A DNA stretch of 64,000 bases from Hypanus sabinus (Eukaryota). The notes beneath the pieces were generated by a model. It was not told the origin of the DNA. It did no database searches and saw nothing but the letters and a program-made list of their open reading frames with translations. The stretch is from positions 45,260,001-45,324,000 of the forward strand of contig NC_082728.1 in assembly GCF_030144855.1 (NCBI RefSeq), in the 5' to 3' direction. Positions 36,847 through 51,097 of this stretch are shown here, piece after piece (positions within the stretch are counted from its first letter, which is position 1; every line of letters starts with the position of its first letter). Position numbers and translations under genes: made by a program.

Positions 36847-38001
36847 TTGACAAGGTCCCTCATGAGAGACTCATCCAGAAAGTCATGAGGTATGGGATAA
36901 GTAGAACCTTGGCTGTTTGGATAAAAAATTGGCTTAAAGGAAGAATGCAGAAGGTAGTTGTGGAAGGAAAGTATTCTGCCTGGAGGTCAGTGATTAGTGG
37001 AGTGCTGCAGGGATCTGTTCTGGGACCTGCTATTTGTGATTTTTATAAATGACCTGGATGTAGAGGCAGAAAGATGGGTGAGTAAGTTTGCAGATGACAC
37101 GAAGATTGGAGGAGTTGTGGATGGAGCTGTACATTGTTGAAGGTTCCAAAAGGCTATAGACAGGCTGCAGAGTTGGGCAGAAAAATGGTAGATGGAATTC
37201 AATCTGGACAAGTGTGAGGTGATACATTTTGGAAGGACAAACCAGAAGACTGAGTACAGGACTAATGGTCAGTTACTTAAGAGTGTAGATGAACAAAAGG
37301 ACCTTGGGGTTCAAATCCATACATCCCTCAAGGTCGCTGCACAGGTTGATAGGGTAGCTTAGAAGGCCTATGGGATGCTGGGCTTCATTAACAAGGGAAT
37401 TGAGTTCAAGAGTAGGGAGGTCATGTTGCAACTCTACAAACCTCTGGTGAGACCGCACCTAGAGTATTGTGTTCAATTCTGGTCACCTCATTATAGGAAG
37501 GATGTGGAAGCTATGGAGAGGGTGCAGGGGAGATTTACCAGGATGTTGCCTAGTTAGCATATGAAGCAAGGTTAGCAGAGCTGGGACTTTTCTCTTTGGA
37601 GCATAGAAGAATGAGAGGGGACTTGATAGAGGTCTCCAAGATTATGAGAGGCATAGATAGGGTGGATAGTCAGTACCTGTTTCCCAGGGCACCAATAGCA
37701 AACACCAGAGGGCATAGGTACAAAGTTAAGGGAGGGAAGTTTCGGGGAGACATTAGGGGTAAGTTTTTTTACACAGAGGGTTGTGAGTGCCTGGAATGAC
37801 TTGCCAGGGATGGTGGTGGAGGCTAAAACATTAGGGGTATTTAAGAGCCTCTTGGACAGGCACATGGATGAAAGGAAAATAGAGGGTTATGGGGTAGTGT
37901 AGGTTTAGTACTTTTTTTAAAGGATTATATGAGTCAGCACAACATGAAGGGCTGAAGGGCCTGTACTGTGCTGTAGTGTTCTATGGTTCTATGGTTCTAT
38001 G
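36847..38001 (+). mobile_element. CR1 LINE, RT to 3' end
   Basis: FADD (tttgcagatgac), LVRPHLEYCVQFWSP; tail (CTATGGTT)n. Confidence 0.9.
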
Positions 38002-38004
38002 GTA

Positions 38005-39137
38005 AGAAACAGGTTAGACAGTGGATGTGGTTACCTGGATTTTCAGAAGTGTTTTGACATGGTGCCTCACATGTGTCTGCTAAACAGGATTTAAACCCCT
38101 GGTGTTAAAAGCAAGGCATTAGCATGGGTAGAAGTCTGACTGACCAGTAGAAGGTAGAAAGTGGGACATAATGGGGGTCCTTTAATGAAAGGGTGCTAGT
38201 GGCCACTATAGTGGAGTTTTGCAGGGGTCAGTATGGGGACCACAACTCTTCACATTCTATCATCATATCTGGGTGAAAGATAAAGGATGGCCAGTTCTGC
38301 AGATGATACCAAGATGTGGGGGGGGGGGGGGGGGGTCGGGTGGAACAGGTAGTGTCAGTGAGGCAGGAAACATGCAGAAAGACTTGCGTAGTTTGGGAGA
38401 GTAGGAGAAGAGGCAGATGGACTACAGCATAGGGAAACGTAGTGTAATACACTTTGGCAGGAAGAACAAAGACACTGACCACTTTCTAAATGGGTAGTAA
38501 GTTCAGGGACTTTGGAGACCTGGTTCAGGATTCCATCCAGGTTAATTACAGGTCGAGTCAGTAGTGACAAAGTCAAATCCATGCTAGCATTCATTTTGAG
38601 AGTACTAGAACATAAAAGAAAGGATGCACTGCTGAAGCTTTGATCAGACTGCACTTGGAGTATTGTGCCCAAACTTTGGGCTCTGCTTCCAAAAAGAGAC
38701 GTGTTGCCCCTGAAGAGGGTCCAGAGGAGGTTCACAACAATGAGCCTGGGAGTGAATGGCTTGATGTCCGAGGAATGTTTGATATCTCTGGGCCTGTATT
38801 TGATATTATTCAGAAGGATGAGGAGGAACCTCAATCCAACCTACCAAACGCTGAGATAGAGTGGATATGGATCCAAGGGCACAGAAACAAGGAATGATCC
38901 TCTGAAAGTGAGATGAAGAGGGATTTCTTCAGCCAGAGGGTGGGGAATCTATGGAATTTCATCGAACAGAGGGCCCTGGAGGCCGAGTCATTGGCTGTGT
39001 ATAAGGCCAAGATTAATCGATTCTCGATTGGTAAGAGAGAAGGCAAGAGAATGGGGCTGAAAATATGTCCAGCCAAGATTGAATGGTGGGGCAGCTTCAA
39101 TCCACTGAATGGCTGAATTCTTCTCCTATATCTTATG
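38005..39137 (+). mobile_element. Old CR1 LINE relic
   Basis: Degenerate RT and RDFFSQRVGNLWN C-terminus. Confidence 0.75.
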
Positions 39138-39189
39138 AATCATTTTTTTGTTTTTAAATGCCAATTGCTAGACTAGAGTCAGAGTAATA

Positions 39190-40620
39190 AAATATTACAG
39201 CACAGATCTAGGTCCCTCTGCCCATCTAGTCCATGCTGAACTATTATGCTGCCTAGTTCCATCAACCTGGATCCGACTTATAGCCTTCCATAAACTAAAT
39301 TTCTCTTAAATGTTGAAATCGAATTTGCACCCACCACTTCTGCAGGCAGCTCATTCCACACTCTCACCACCCTCTGAGTGAAGAGGTTCTCCCTCATGAG
39401 GACCTCTTGTGGTCTGTACACACCAACCGTGTGGTGAAAAAGACACAACAGTGCCTTTTACATGTCAAGCAGTTGAGGAAGTTTGGTATGGGCCCCCAAA
39501 TCCCAAGAACTTTCTACAGGGGCACAATTGAGAGCATCCTGACTGGTTACATCACTGCCTGGTATGGGAACTGTAATTCCCTTAAGTGCACGACTCTGCA
39601 GAGAGTGGTGCGGACTGCCCAGCACATCTGTAGTTGTGAACTTCCCACTATTCAGGACATTTACAAGGACAGGTGTGTAAAAAAAGGCCTGCAGGATCAT
39701 TGGGGACCCAAGTCACCCCAACCACTATCTGTTCCAGCTGCTACCATCTAGGAAACGATACCACAGCATAAAAGCCAGGACCAACAGGCTCTGGGACAGC
39801 TTCTTCCACCAGGCCATCAGACTGATGAACTCATGCTAATTTGATTGTACTCTATATTACACTGACTGCTCTATTTATTATCAATTACTATGACTGTACT
39901 TTGCACATTTAGATGGAGATGTAACATAAAGATTTTTACTTCTCATGTATGTGAAGGATGTAAAAAATAAATTCAATTTAAATTCAAATACATCACCCGA
40001 CAACCTTAACCCATGAACTCTAATTCTAGTTTATCCCTCAATAGAAAAAAGCCTGCTTGCATTTACCCTATCTATACCCCTCATAATTTTGTATACTTCT
40101 ATCAAATTTCTCCACACTCTTCTACATGCCAGGGAATAAAGTCCTAACCTATTCAACCTTACCCCATAACTCAGGTCCTTAAGTCCCAGTATTTTCCAAT
40201 TGGAAAATATTCTCTGCATTCACTCAATCTGATTGATATCATTCTTGTAGGTAGGTGACCAGAAATGCACACAATACCCCAAATTAGGCCTCACCAAAGT
40301 CTTAGACAATATCAACATATCATCCCAACTCCTGTACTCAATACTTCGATTTATGAAGGCCAACGTGCCAAAAGCTTTCTTTCCAACCCTATCTAATTGT
40401 GATGCCACTTTCAAGGAATCAAGGATCTGTATTCCCAGATCCCTCTGTCCTACCGCTCTCCTCAGTACCCTACCGCTCACCATGGAAGTCCTACCCTGGT
40501 TTGTTCTCCCAAAGTGCATTACCTCACACTTTTCTGCATTAAATTCCATGTGCCATTTTCCAACCCATTTTTCCAATTGATCCAGATCCACTGCTAGATT
40601 TGAATCCTTAGTCACTGCCT
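39190..40620 (-). mobile_element. CR1 LINE interrupted by a Rex1/Babar-like element
   Basis: ORFs WHMEFNAEKCEVMHFG... and RLNRLGLYSL; 3' UTR resumes left of 39400. Confidence 0.85.
39400..39988 (+). mobile_element. Rex1/Babar (L2-related) LINE 3' end, nested
   Basis: WSVHTNRVVKKTQQCL...FYRGTIESILTGYITAWYGNC; (ATTCA)-type tail. Confidence 0.75.
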
Positions 40621-41449
40621 ACACCACCCTTGGACCTTATGTGTCTCCTGCTACTGCATTTCCTCTGTAAATGTAACACTATAGTCTGCTTTGGTTATTG
40701 CTTTTCCTTTTATACTACCCCGATGTTACTTAAGTTTTGAAATGATTTGTACAGATGGCATGCAATACACTGTTTTTCACTAAATCTCCTTTTGAGCGAG
40801 TTTCAAACATAAATAGAAATGGATGTCTGAGCGAGATCACTGGAGTATGTGCAACTCACATTTGGAACTAAGAAAATATTAACTATGAACTGTCCTGTGT
40901 TTATTTCATCCAACAGACCCGTCCTATCATATGTGCTATTTCTTAAAAGCCTCTAAAGTGACTCAAGCTTTGATCCTGCTATTTAAGAAAGCTTATATTA
41001 ACATTGGAGGCCGTCCAAACCAGATTCCTTTGACTAATTCCAGGCATGAGAAGTTGTCCCACTAGGTGAGGTCTGGAGAAGATCAGCCATGATTACTTTG
41101 AATAATGGGACAGGTATGATGGGCTGAATGGCCAGTTTTGACCTCTATTTTCTCCTCCTTCCTCCTGCTTCTCTTGATTTTGTGCCCTGGGCTCTCAGTA
41201 TTACAAACAACACTAATTCTTAATCTGCGCTGAGTCTTGTCCAGAGAGTGGCCAGTCATGATTCAAGATCATTTTTGAATCTTTTCCAAAGCTAATTAAA
41301 ATATTTTAAACACTAAAAAGATAACGACAGGGCACATATTCAATTAAGTTTAAAAAAGTAGAACAAATCTAATCAACATGTTTTAATAAGCTTCCCAAGT
41401 ATATTTTGCCTCGAAATTCCAAGACACACTCAGTATGGTAAATAGGCAT

Positions 41450-43556
41450 AGTAGCATAATTAGGGCACTCAGGCCATTGAGTCTGCTCTGCTATTCCATC
41501 ATGGTGATTTATTCTCCTTCTCAAACCCATTCTCCTGTCATCTCACCATAACCTTTGTTGTCCTAACTAATCAAGAACCTAATCAACCTCTGCTTTAAAT
41601 GTACTGAATGGATTGATTGTGGCAATGAGTTCCACTGATTCACCACCCTCTGGCTAAAGAAATTCCTTCTCATCTTTGCTCTCACTGGAATCCAGAAGCA
41701 ACAGAGGGGACCTCATTGAAACCTATCGAGTGTCGAAAGGCCTCGATGTGGAGAAGATGTTTCCTATGATGGGAAAGCCCAAGACACAGCGTCAGAATAG
41801 AGGGACATATAGAGCAAAGGTGAGGAGGAATATTTTTAGCCAGAGGATGGTGAATCGGTGGAGTATGTTGCCACAGGTGACTGTAGGCATACTTAATGCA
41901 GAGGTAGATAGACCCTGGATTATTCGGGGCATGAAGGGATAAGGAGTGGTAGCTGCGTGGTAGCTACCACACAGAGAGTGGTAGCTGTGTGGAACGAGCT
42001 TCCAGTAGAAGTGGTAGAGGCAGGTTCGGTATTGTCATTTAAAGTAAAATTGGATAGGTACATGGACAGGAAAGGAATTGTTATATGTTATATGGAAATG
42101 GATCAGCCATGATGAAATGGCAGAGCAGACTCAAAGGGCCAAATAGCCTAATTCTGCTCCTGTATTTTATGGTCCTAAATAGGCGCCCCTCTACTCTAAG
42201 GCTGTGCCCTCAGGTAATCTTCTCCATATCCATGCTTTTTAGGTCTTTCAGTAATTTATAGGTTCCAATGAAACCCTACATTCGTCTGAACTCCAGTGAG
42301 TACAGTGAGCTCAGAGCTATCAAACGCTCCTCATATGTTAATCCTTTCAATTCTGGAATCATTCTCATGAACCTTCTCTGGTCTTTCTGTACTGCCAGCA
42401 CACCCTTTCTTCATCAAAGGGCCCAAACCTGCTCACAATACTTCAAGTGTGGTATCACTAATGCCTTACAAAGCCTCGGCATCACATCCTTGCTCTTATA
42501 TTCTAGTCCTCTTGAAATGAATGAAACATGGCATTTGCCTTCCTTATCACCAACTCAGCCTACAAGTTAACCTTTACAGAATCCTGCACAAGGACCCCCA
42601 GGTCCCTTTGCACCTCTGGTTTTTGAATTTTTTTTTTTCCCCATTTAGAAAACAGTCTATGCTTTACTCCCTCTAACACAGTGCATCATTTCTCTACATA
42701 ATATTCGACCTGCCATTTCTTTGCCCATTCTCCTGGTATGTTCTAGTCCTTCTGGTAGACTCCCTGCTTCCTCGACACTACCTGCCCTCTAACTACCTTT
42801 GTAAAATCCACAAACTTGCCCACAAAGACATCAACTTCATCATCCAAATTGTTGACATATAACATGAAAAGAAGCGGTCCCAATTGATCCCTGCTTAAAA
42901 CCACTAATCACCGACAGCCAACCAGAATGGGTCCCATCCCCTTTATTCTCACTCTTTGCCTCCTTTCAATCAGCCAATCTTTTATCCATGCTGGTATCTT
43001 TCCTGTAATATTTTAGGCTCTTATCTCATTAAGCAACCTCAAGTGCACAACTTGTCAAAGGCATTCTGAAAATCTAAGTAAACAGCATTCACTGACTCTT
43101 CTCGTCTATCCTGCCTGTTATTCCTTGAAAGATTTCCAACAGATCTGTCAGGCAAGCACGCTGACTTTGGCCTACTTTAACACGTACCTCCAAGTACCCC
43201 AAAAGCTCATCCTTAACAATGGACCGCAACATCTTCCCAACCTTTGAAGTCAGGATACCTGGCTTATAATTTCATTTCTTTTACCTCCCTCCCTTCCTAA
43301 AGAGTGGAATGACATTTGTAATTTTCCAGTCCTCCAGAACCATTCCAGAATCTTGTGATTCTTGAAAGATCTTTACTAATGTCTCCACAATCTCTTCAAC
43401 CACCTCTTTTTGAACTCTGGGATGTGGTCGATCTCTTCCAGGTCACTAACTGCAGTCCTTTCAGCTTCCCAAGCACCTTCTTCATAGTAATAGCAACTAC
43501 ACTCAAGTCTGCTTCTTGACTCTCTCGAGTTTCGGGCATGTTGTTAGTGTCTTCCA
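41450..43556 (-). mobile_element. CR1 LINE (~2 kb) with nested plus-strand CR1 3' fragments at ~41680-42175
   Basis: Reverse-complement ORF2 from the pre-RT region to the 3' UTR; inner fragments RGDLIETYRV... and cagccatgatgaaatggc. Confidence 0.8.
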
Positions 43557-46105
43557 GAAATTCGAGTTCCAGAAGTGAATAAGGAAATGCTTAGGAAGCT
43601 GAAAGATTTGAAGGTAGATAAGTCACCTGGATCAGATGGACTACAGCCCAAAGTTCTGACGGTGGTATCTAAAGAGATTAAGGAGCCATTAGTACTGATC
43701 TTTCAATAACTAGATTCTGGAATGTGGAGGATTGGAAAATCAGAAATGTCACTCCACACTTTAGCAAAGGAGGGAGGCAAAAGTCAAGAAGTTGTAGGCC
43801 AGGTAGCCTGACTTCAGTGCTGGGCAAGATGTTAAAGACCATTAATAAGGATCAGGTTTTAGGATACTTGGAAACAAATTATAAAATATGCCAAAGTCAA
43901 CATTGTTTTTATAAGAGGATTTCTTGTCTGATAAATTTGTTGGAATTCTTTGAGGAAGTAATAAGCAGAATAAACAAAGGAGAGATGGAGGATTTTTTTA
44001 ACTGGGATTTTCAGAAAGCCTGTGGCAAGGTGCAACACTTCAGGTTGCTAAACAAGAGTCCATGGTATTATAAAGATACTAGTATGGACAGAATATCAGC
44101 TGGCTAGCAGAAGACAGAGTGCAAATAAAGGGGGCCTTTTACTGGTTGTCCGCTGGTGAGTAACGGTGTTCCGTAGGGTCCATATTGGGATTGCCTCTTA
44201 CTGCAGGGGTCTGTGTTGCTTCTGTTTGTTTTAATGTTACATGTTAATGATCTGGATAACAGGATTGATGGTTTTGTGGCCAATATTGCTGATGAGTGGA
44301 GGGGCAGGTAGTGTTGTAGAAGCAGGGAATCTGCAGAAACACTTGGACAGATTAGGAGAATGGGCAAAGAAGCGGAAAATGGAATACAGAGTAAGGAAGA
44401 GTATGGTCATGCACTTTGGTGTATGGAATAAAGGTATAGATTACTTTCTGAATGGGGAGACAGTGCAAAGGGACTTAGGAGACCTAATGCAGGATTTCCT
44501 AAAGGTTAACTTGGAGGTTGAGCCAGTAGAAAGGAATGACCACAGCACCAGTGACTGCATCTCTAGTGATAATCAGTTAAGCTGATAAAGTTTGTAGATG
44601 ACAACACTGTCACTGGACAGTGACAGTGTTTGTTGCCAGAGGCAACAAATCTAAGTACCACCAGAAAGTAAACAAATGAGTGTCCTGATGTGAATACTAC
44701 AGCCTGGAGCTGAATAGCCTCAAAACCGTGGAGATACACATCAACTTCAGGAGAAATGTGCCTCCCTTCCACCCACCATCATTAACAACTCTGTAGTTTA
44801 GTATCATTCCAGTGTTCAGGTCCTGGGGAACTTTATTTCACAGGGTCTCACGTGGGAGAACCTTATCTCATTTACTAACTAAAAGACTGGTCAGATTTAC
44901 TCCTCGTGATAGTTGGCAAAATTCCATCTTCCCCAGAACATACCAGTGTAATTCTGCACTGCCATCAGAGGGAGCGACTTCACATCAGCCATTACTATCT
45001 GGTTTGGGGCAGCATCCTCTCACAATATACAGAACCTACGGTGAGCTGTCAGGACAGCTGAAAAGGCTGCAATCTACCATCACTGCAGGACTTGTATGTA
45101 TCCAGAAAAAAGCGGGAAGAAAAATCATCACAGACACCACCCACCCAGCAAACCGCCTTTTCTGAAAGCTCCCTTTTAAAAGCACTGTACAGCTATAAAT
45201 ATCACACCATCTTCAAAGTTTCATCCTCAGGCAGTTAACCTGGCAAGTCATTCCATTTAGCTATCCCATCCCACCTGCTCTATCTACTACCTCAGTCACT
45301 GCACTGTAAACACTTCAGAACACTTTTTATAAAATTGTTTACATTGGAAATATATGCTGGTATTCATGTATTTGTGCACATTTTGTTCATATCCACATTT
45401 TAACCTCTAGGTTTATTCTTTATATAATTCTTTCTTATAATTGTTGAATGCTTTTGTCTTTTATTCCATGTCAGGCCAACACACTACAGGAAATTCCTAA
45501 TACATGGCAAGTAAAGCTGATCCTTGGAATTCAAATGCAGTATTAACATTCATTTTGAGAGGATTGGAGTGTACATGTAACCACATAATGCTGAGGCTTT
45601 ATAAGGCATTGGTCAGATCACATTTGGAATATTGTGAGCAGGTTTGGACCCCATATCTAAAAAATAATTAGAGAGGAAGTTGATGAGAATGATCCCAGGA
45701 CTGAAAGGGTTAACGTGTGAAGAGCGTTTGATGGCTCTGGCCCTGTACTGACTGTTTAGAAGGATGAGGGAAGAATCTCATTGAAGCCTACGGAATATTG
45801 AAAGGTTTAAATAGAGTGGATATGGAGATGTTGTTTCCGATGGCGGGTGAGCCTAGGACCAGAGGGCATAGCCTTCAAATAGTAGGACAGAGATGAGGAG
45901 GAATTTCTTTTGCCAGAGGGAGGTGAATCTGAGGAATTCACTGCCACAGATGGCTGTAGAGGCCGTCATTGGGTATATTTAAAGCAGAAGGTATTTAATG
46001 TGTATGGGGTCAAAGGTTATGGGGAGAAGCCAAAAGGATGGGGTTGAAAGGGAAAATATATCAACCATCATCAAATAGCAGAGCAGACTCGATGGGATGA
46101 ATGGC
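43557..46105 (+). mobile_element. CR1 LINE, head-to-head with the previous copy, interrupted at ~44535-45522
   Basis: MEDWKIRNVTPHFSKG...SCLINLLEFFEEV...DFQKA; 3' UTR at ~46060-46105. Confidence 0.85.
44535..45522 (+). mobile_element. Rex1/Babar or L2-like LINE 3' part, nested
   Basis: KFVDD (aagtttgtagatgac), IITDTTHPANRLF, AT-rich 3' UTR ending gtaaagctgatcctt. Confidence 0.7.
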
Positions 46106-47416
46106 TATGCTAAATCTTTATAAAGCTCTAGTTGGGCCACTTGTAGAAAGTGGAATTAGTTAATGTTGGTTTTATAGAACAGCATATATGCATATTAGCA
46201 TCTGGACACTGATGGCTAGGACCTCTATATGAAAAATGGATAGGAAAGGTGTCGAGGGATATGGGTCATATGGAACTAGCTTACAATATCTACTTGTGGC
46301 TTGAAAAGGAGAATATTTGAGCAAGGCACAGAAACAGTAGGAAAGGCAAGTAGCAAAGAGGCATTGGATCAAGGGTTTTATAGTGTGGACGGGTCGAGGA
46401 GTGGCTACACAGGAGAGGAAAAATATCAACCATTATTGTATGGCAGATCAAACTCAATGGGATGAGTGGTCTAATTCTGTTCCTCTAACTTATATTCTAA
46501 ATACTCCAAATGGACTCCCCATGATTCAATATTTCACAGTTGGACTATGTTGTTAAACATGCTGAATTTTGTGGTAATCCACAACTTATTAAGAAAGGTG
46601 AAGAGGATGTAGAGGAGATTCACTGGGTCTGCAGTAGAAATCTTGTGTAATGAGTGACTGGAAATACTGGGTTTGTTTACGTTGGAGAAAGAGTTTGTTC
46701 CGGTGGAGGGAGGGGGAGCTCCCGAAAGAAATATCCAAAGTTATGATGGGCATTCATAGAGCAGACTGTATCAAACTTTTCCCCACAGCAGAAATGGCTA
46801 AAACAAGAGGGCAGCAGTTTTGGGTAAGGGGCAAGAGCTTTGCAGCAAGAACCAGTCACTGGTGGTTGGTTGGAATCTGGAGTACACTACCTGAGCGGTG
46901 GTGAGGCTGCACTCTCACAACAATGATGAAAAATCGAGATCAAAGTTAAATTACCAAGGCACAGAATGCTACAGGCCAAGAGCTGTAAATGAAATTTGTA
47001 CAGATGCATGTATGATGGTTGCTATGGATGCAATGAACCAAAAGGTGTTTCTGTGCCCTGAGTCTACAAAAATGTTAGTCAAATATAGGGTCTTTCTGCC
47101 TGAATTTTTTCTGCTCCTTTAATGAGGTAATTTTATTAAGTAAATACATGACTAGCGTAAATTTGGTCAGATGGAGAGACTGTTTCCATGGTGCTTGACT
47201 CTATGACTCTACCATTTCTCCTGATGAGAAGTATTTCTATTTTTAGTGTTTATATATGGAAATAGAAGTCACAATGAATACTTATGTGGAAATGTCATAC
47301 CAGGATCTGACTCTGTAAGAATACTACCAACAAGAACCCAGCAGTTGATAGTCTTTTAGGTATCAGATGTGTTTAAAGAGATTACATTAAGAACCTTATT
47401 CCCCAAAGGTTAATAA

Positions 47417-49092
47417 CACTGGACAACAAAAATGTTGCCTCATGAATACCTCTGGGTGCATCTTATGAATTTTGGGCTGCTGATCATGAAAATCATCGTG
47501 AAATTTCCCTATCATACACCATTTAAAAAAAAATCACCTTCATATTTTATTTCAGTTCATAATTCAAGTCAATTAAAATGTTGCCCACAATGTAAGCTGA
47601 AAAGTTTTCTATCTTGTCCAGGCATGATTAGACAGGGAGGATGCTGCATGGCTGGCCAGGTTTTAGAAAAGCTATAAAAGCATCATGCACACACCGTTTT
47701 ATGCACTCCTCTAACATGTATATCAGTTTGCGATCCTGTTGATGGGCATGTTCTACATACATAGCATATTGTGCGTACTGATTATAATAAAGTAACTTTA
47801 TTTTCAGGAATATTTGTGATAGCAAAATATCTCTCCAATGTTGCAATACTTACTGTAATATTTTTGGCAAGTATACGCTTAAATCTCAATGACTCCCCTT
47901 GCTAAGAAAGGCGATGAGTTCTACATTGGGTGTAAAAGTGGCGACCAAGGCAAAGCCTGGGCTCCTCACATTTGTTGCACAACATGTGCTGTCAATTTTA
48001 GAGCTTGGCTCAGAGGAAGCCAATGCCATTGGCTGTCCTGCTGATATGATGAGAGCAGAATGATCATGTAACAAGACTGACCAGTGTGTCTGGTTTCTCT
48101 ATTAAAAACAAGAAATCCATTGAATAGCCCAATCTCTCTTCAATCATGAGAATAGTCTTCTAGTAACAAAGGCACCAGAGACCTGGAGTCTAGAAGATCC
48201 AGACAAAGCTGTCATGATGCACCAGCAATGGAAAACGACACTGATACTGACACAGATTTTGAACCATCCTTGATGAGTGACCCTCATTTGATTACTCAAT
48301 TTGAGTTAAGTGACCTGGTCAGAGACTTCAGTTTGTTAGAGGCAAAAGGAGAATTAACGGGTTCAAGAGTGCAAGGATGAAATCTGCCGTCACCAGGCAC
48401 AAAATTTTCCATTAAGGATTTTGATATTTGAGACAGATGTTTCCCAGAATAAATGATCCCAAGATTAAGAACAGCATTTTGTTGGTCCACAAATCAAATG
48501 GGCCATCAATGACAGGCAACTTGAAGGATTTCTAGTGGGACCAGAGAAAATCACATGGAAGGCATTCAAGGATGTTGTTGAAAATTTTCTTGGCTACTCC
48601 AGAGCACCAAACTGCATGCAGCTGGTTGACAACATGCTTCAAGCATACAAAACCATGAAGTGCGACGTGTCACTAAAGTTTCATTTCCTGCATTCCCATT
48701 TAGACTTACTTCCCTGCAAATCTTGCCACTGTCAGTGACGAGCATTGTGAAAGGTTTCACCAGGAAATTGCAGTCATGGAAAAATCGTATCAGGGCAACC
48801 GGAGTCCATCAATGCTGGCTGATTATTGTTGGACACTTAAGCAAAAAGCCTCAGACACCGAGTACAAATATAAAGCACCAACAAAACATTTTTAGCTTAT
48901 TTGAACTATTGCAAAGTTGCAGCACTGTTATGGAATTAAAACCTTATAATCAATAAAATTTAATTACTTGTTTCTCCAAATTCTTATGTGATACAAGTAG
49001 TCTGAAATTATGTTTGCATTCAGCTTCAAGTGGTCTATCATAAACAAAAAAATTAAGGAAACAACACTTTTGAAAAAAACTGTTGTCCAGGT
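47417..49092 (+). mobile_element. Chapaev3-type (CMC) DNA transposon, internally deleted relic
   Basis: TIRs cactggacaaca / tgttgtccag with TAA flanks; remnants GDQGKAWAPHICCTTC, HLITQFELSDLVRD, KFHFLHSHLD, SDEHCERFHQEI, MLADYCWTL. Confidence 0.8.
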
Positions 49093-50689
49093 TAATACAA
49101 TACTGCCCTCAGCACATAAAAATCATTCAGACCTGCAGCAGGTGAACTTACAAACATAGACAGGAATCCTTGGCCAATCTGGGTCACAGTGAGGGGACCT
49201 TAAGAGTAGAGCATCTACTCATTTCTATCAATGTCCTCACTCAGAAACCATTTCGGGCCATATGTGCTGCTTCTAGTATCGGCTATCATTGTTTAATTGG
49301 AATTATTTACTCCTTCTCCAAAGCAGAGACCCAGAATAACAAAACCTCTTCATAGACCACAAATCTCTATCCACTGATTGTCAAGTACCTCTACTGATGG
49401 ATTGGCACTCAGAGTGGATACAACTTCTGCTTTGCCTCTTTTTTAATTGATAAAATTAGCTTAGTGTCACTTTTCTTCGTGTCTTAGGAATCAAAGTATG
49501 AGGATTGGTTACATATATTTGGATTCTATTCCATTGCATTCTGAATGCAACAGGTATTTACAATTATAATTTTTTTTCTCTTTAGCAGTCCCTCAGGACT
49601 GAGGAGGACTTGCTTCTACTCTGGTGTTGTAGTGGCTGAGATCAGAGACTCATCCACAGACAGTGGACAGGTGAGTTGGTGCACTCTTTCCACCTCTCAT
49701 ACAGGACCTCTGTCCCCAGCGGATTTACTTGAGATGCTTGATGCCATTCTGAGTGCTTCTTCTCCGCTTTGTTATTGTGGCTCAGAGATGTCTAGAACTG
49801 GTAATTTCTTCAACGCCGATGTGAACAAATCCTTCAAACATCTCTTCAGTCCTCTAGTGGGAGGGTCTAAAACAAAGGTACATAGTTACCATAGCAACTT
49901 GTTCTCACCGAGGGCAGTGATTCTCTACCCAGGAAGGTGGTGGAGGCTGGATCATTGGGGGTATTTAAAGAAGTAGACAAGTTTATGAATGATATGGGAA
50001 TTGAAGACTATGGGGAACTGGCACAGAAAGGTGATGACAACTGTGGTAGATCAATCTTGATCACATTGAAATATGGGACAGGCTTTTGGGGCTGGCTGAG
50101 CGGCCCAAGGCTGCTCCCTTTATCTTGCAGTACAGACTAAACAGGAAAGTTTGGTAATGGTTTGAACGATGGCTGTTCTTTAAAAAAAAGAGAAAGTAAA
50201 CACTAAGAACAAGAGTCATGTGGCTCCAGGCTACAGAACATAAACCACAAACAAATCAAGTTGTTGACTGGCTACTTTGCAAAAACTAACAGCAAATTGT
50301 TTGAACTATAAGAAAAACAGAGTGCATGTGTTGCCCAAGACATAAAGCAGCGACGATCATATGAGAATTAGCTTGAAGGTAGACATGGAACAGCTTACAG
50401 TTTACAGTGTGAAATTCTTGAGGTCACACATCACAAGAATATTTTCAAAGTACAATCAAACTGAGGAACTTGAGAATAATCAGAGGCAGAAGAATTGAGG
50501 GTGATTACTTGCAGGAACAAATGCTTTGAGGAGATATCAGGAAGATAAAATGTCTGGATGAATTCCCACGGAGAAAATGTCTATTTACAATTAAGGTGAA
50601 GTGGTGGGGCATACCGAACGGATTGCAGGCATGTTTCCCTGCCATGTACTTTTAAATGTCTATATTCTATTTCCATGACTTCTTGGCTC

Positions 50690-51050
50690 AGCGGGATCAC
50701 TTACTCACAACAGTCAGTCTGAGGAATAGACATGAGCATGTAATTCAGGGTGGCATTATGATACTTTTGGGTTGGTCATCTTTCAGTTGGCATTTGAAAC
50801 TGTAGATGAATGTTAAACATTCCACAAAATCATCTACAGGAGGAATCTTCCTGGTGTCCTGCTCAATACTTAGCCTTTAGCCAACTCTCATGGATACAGA
50901 ATATGTCAGTACATTGGACTTTACTGTCCCAAACTGTTGTAATACAAGGAATACGACAGCCAATAAATTCTAAATCAACGGTTATCACACATCAGAAAGC
51001 ATCTTATTAGCCATCAACATGTTGTAGTGTCTAAAGGTTTTGAAAGGCAC
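50690..51050 (+). mobile_element. Ancient DeuSINE-like (SacSINE1/AmnSINE1-type) relic
   Basis: Degenerate similarity, from memory of the consensus: gatgaatgttaaacattcc...cctggtgtcctg...tgaaaggcacta. Confidence 0.35.
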
Positions 51051-51097
51051 TACTTAAACCCTCGGGATCAATAAAGTACGTCTGTCTGTCTGTCTGT

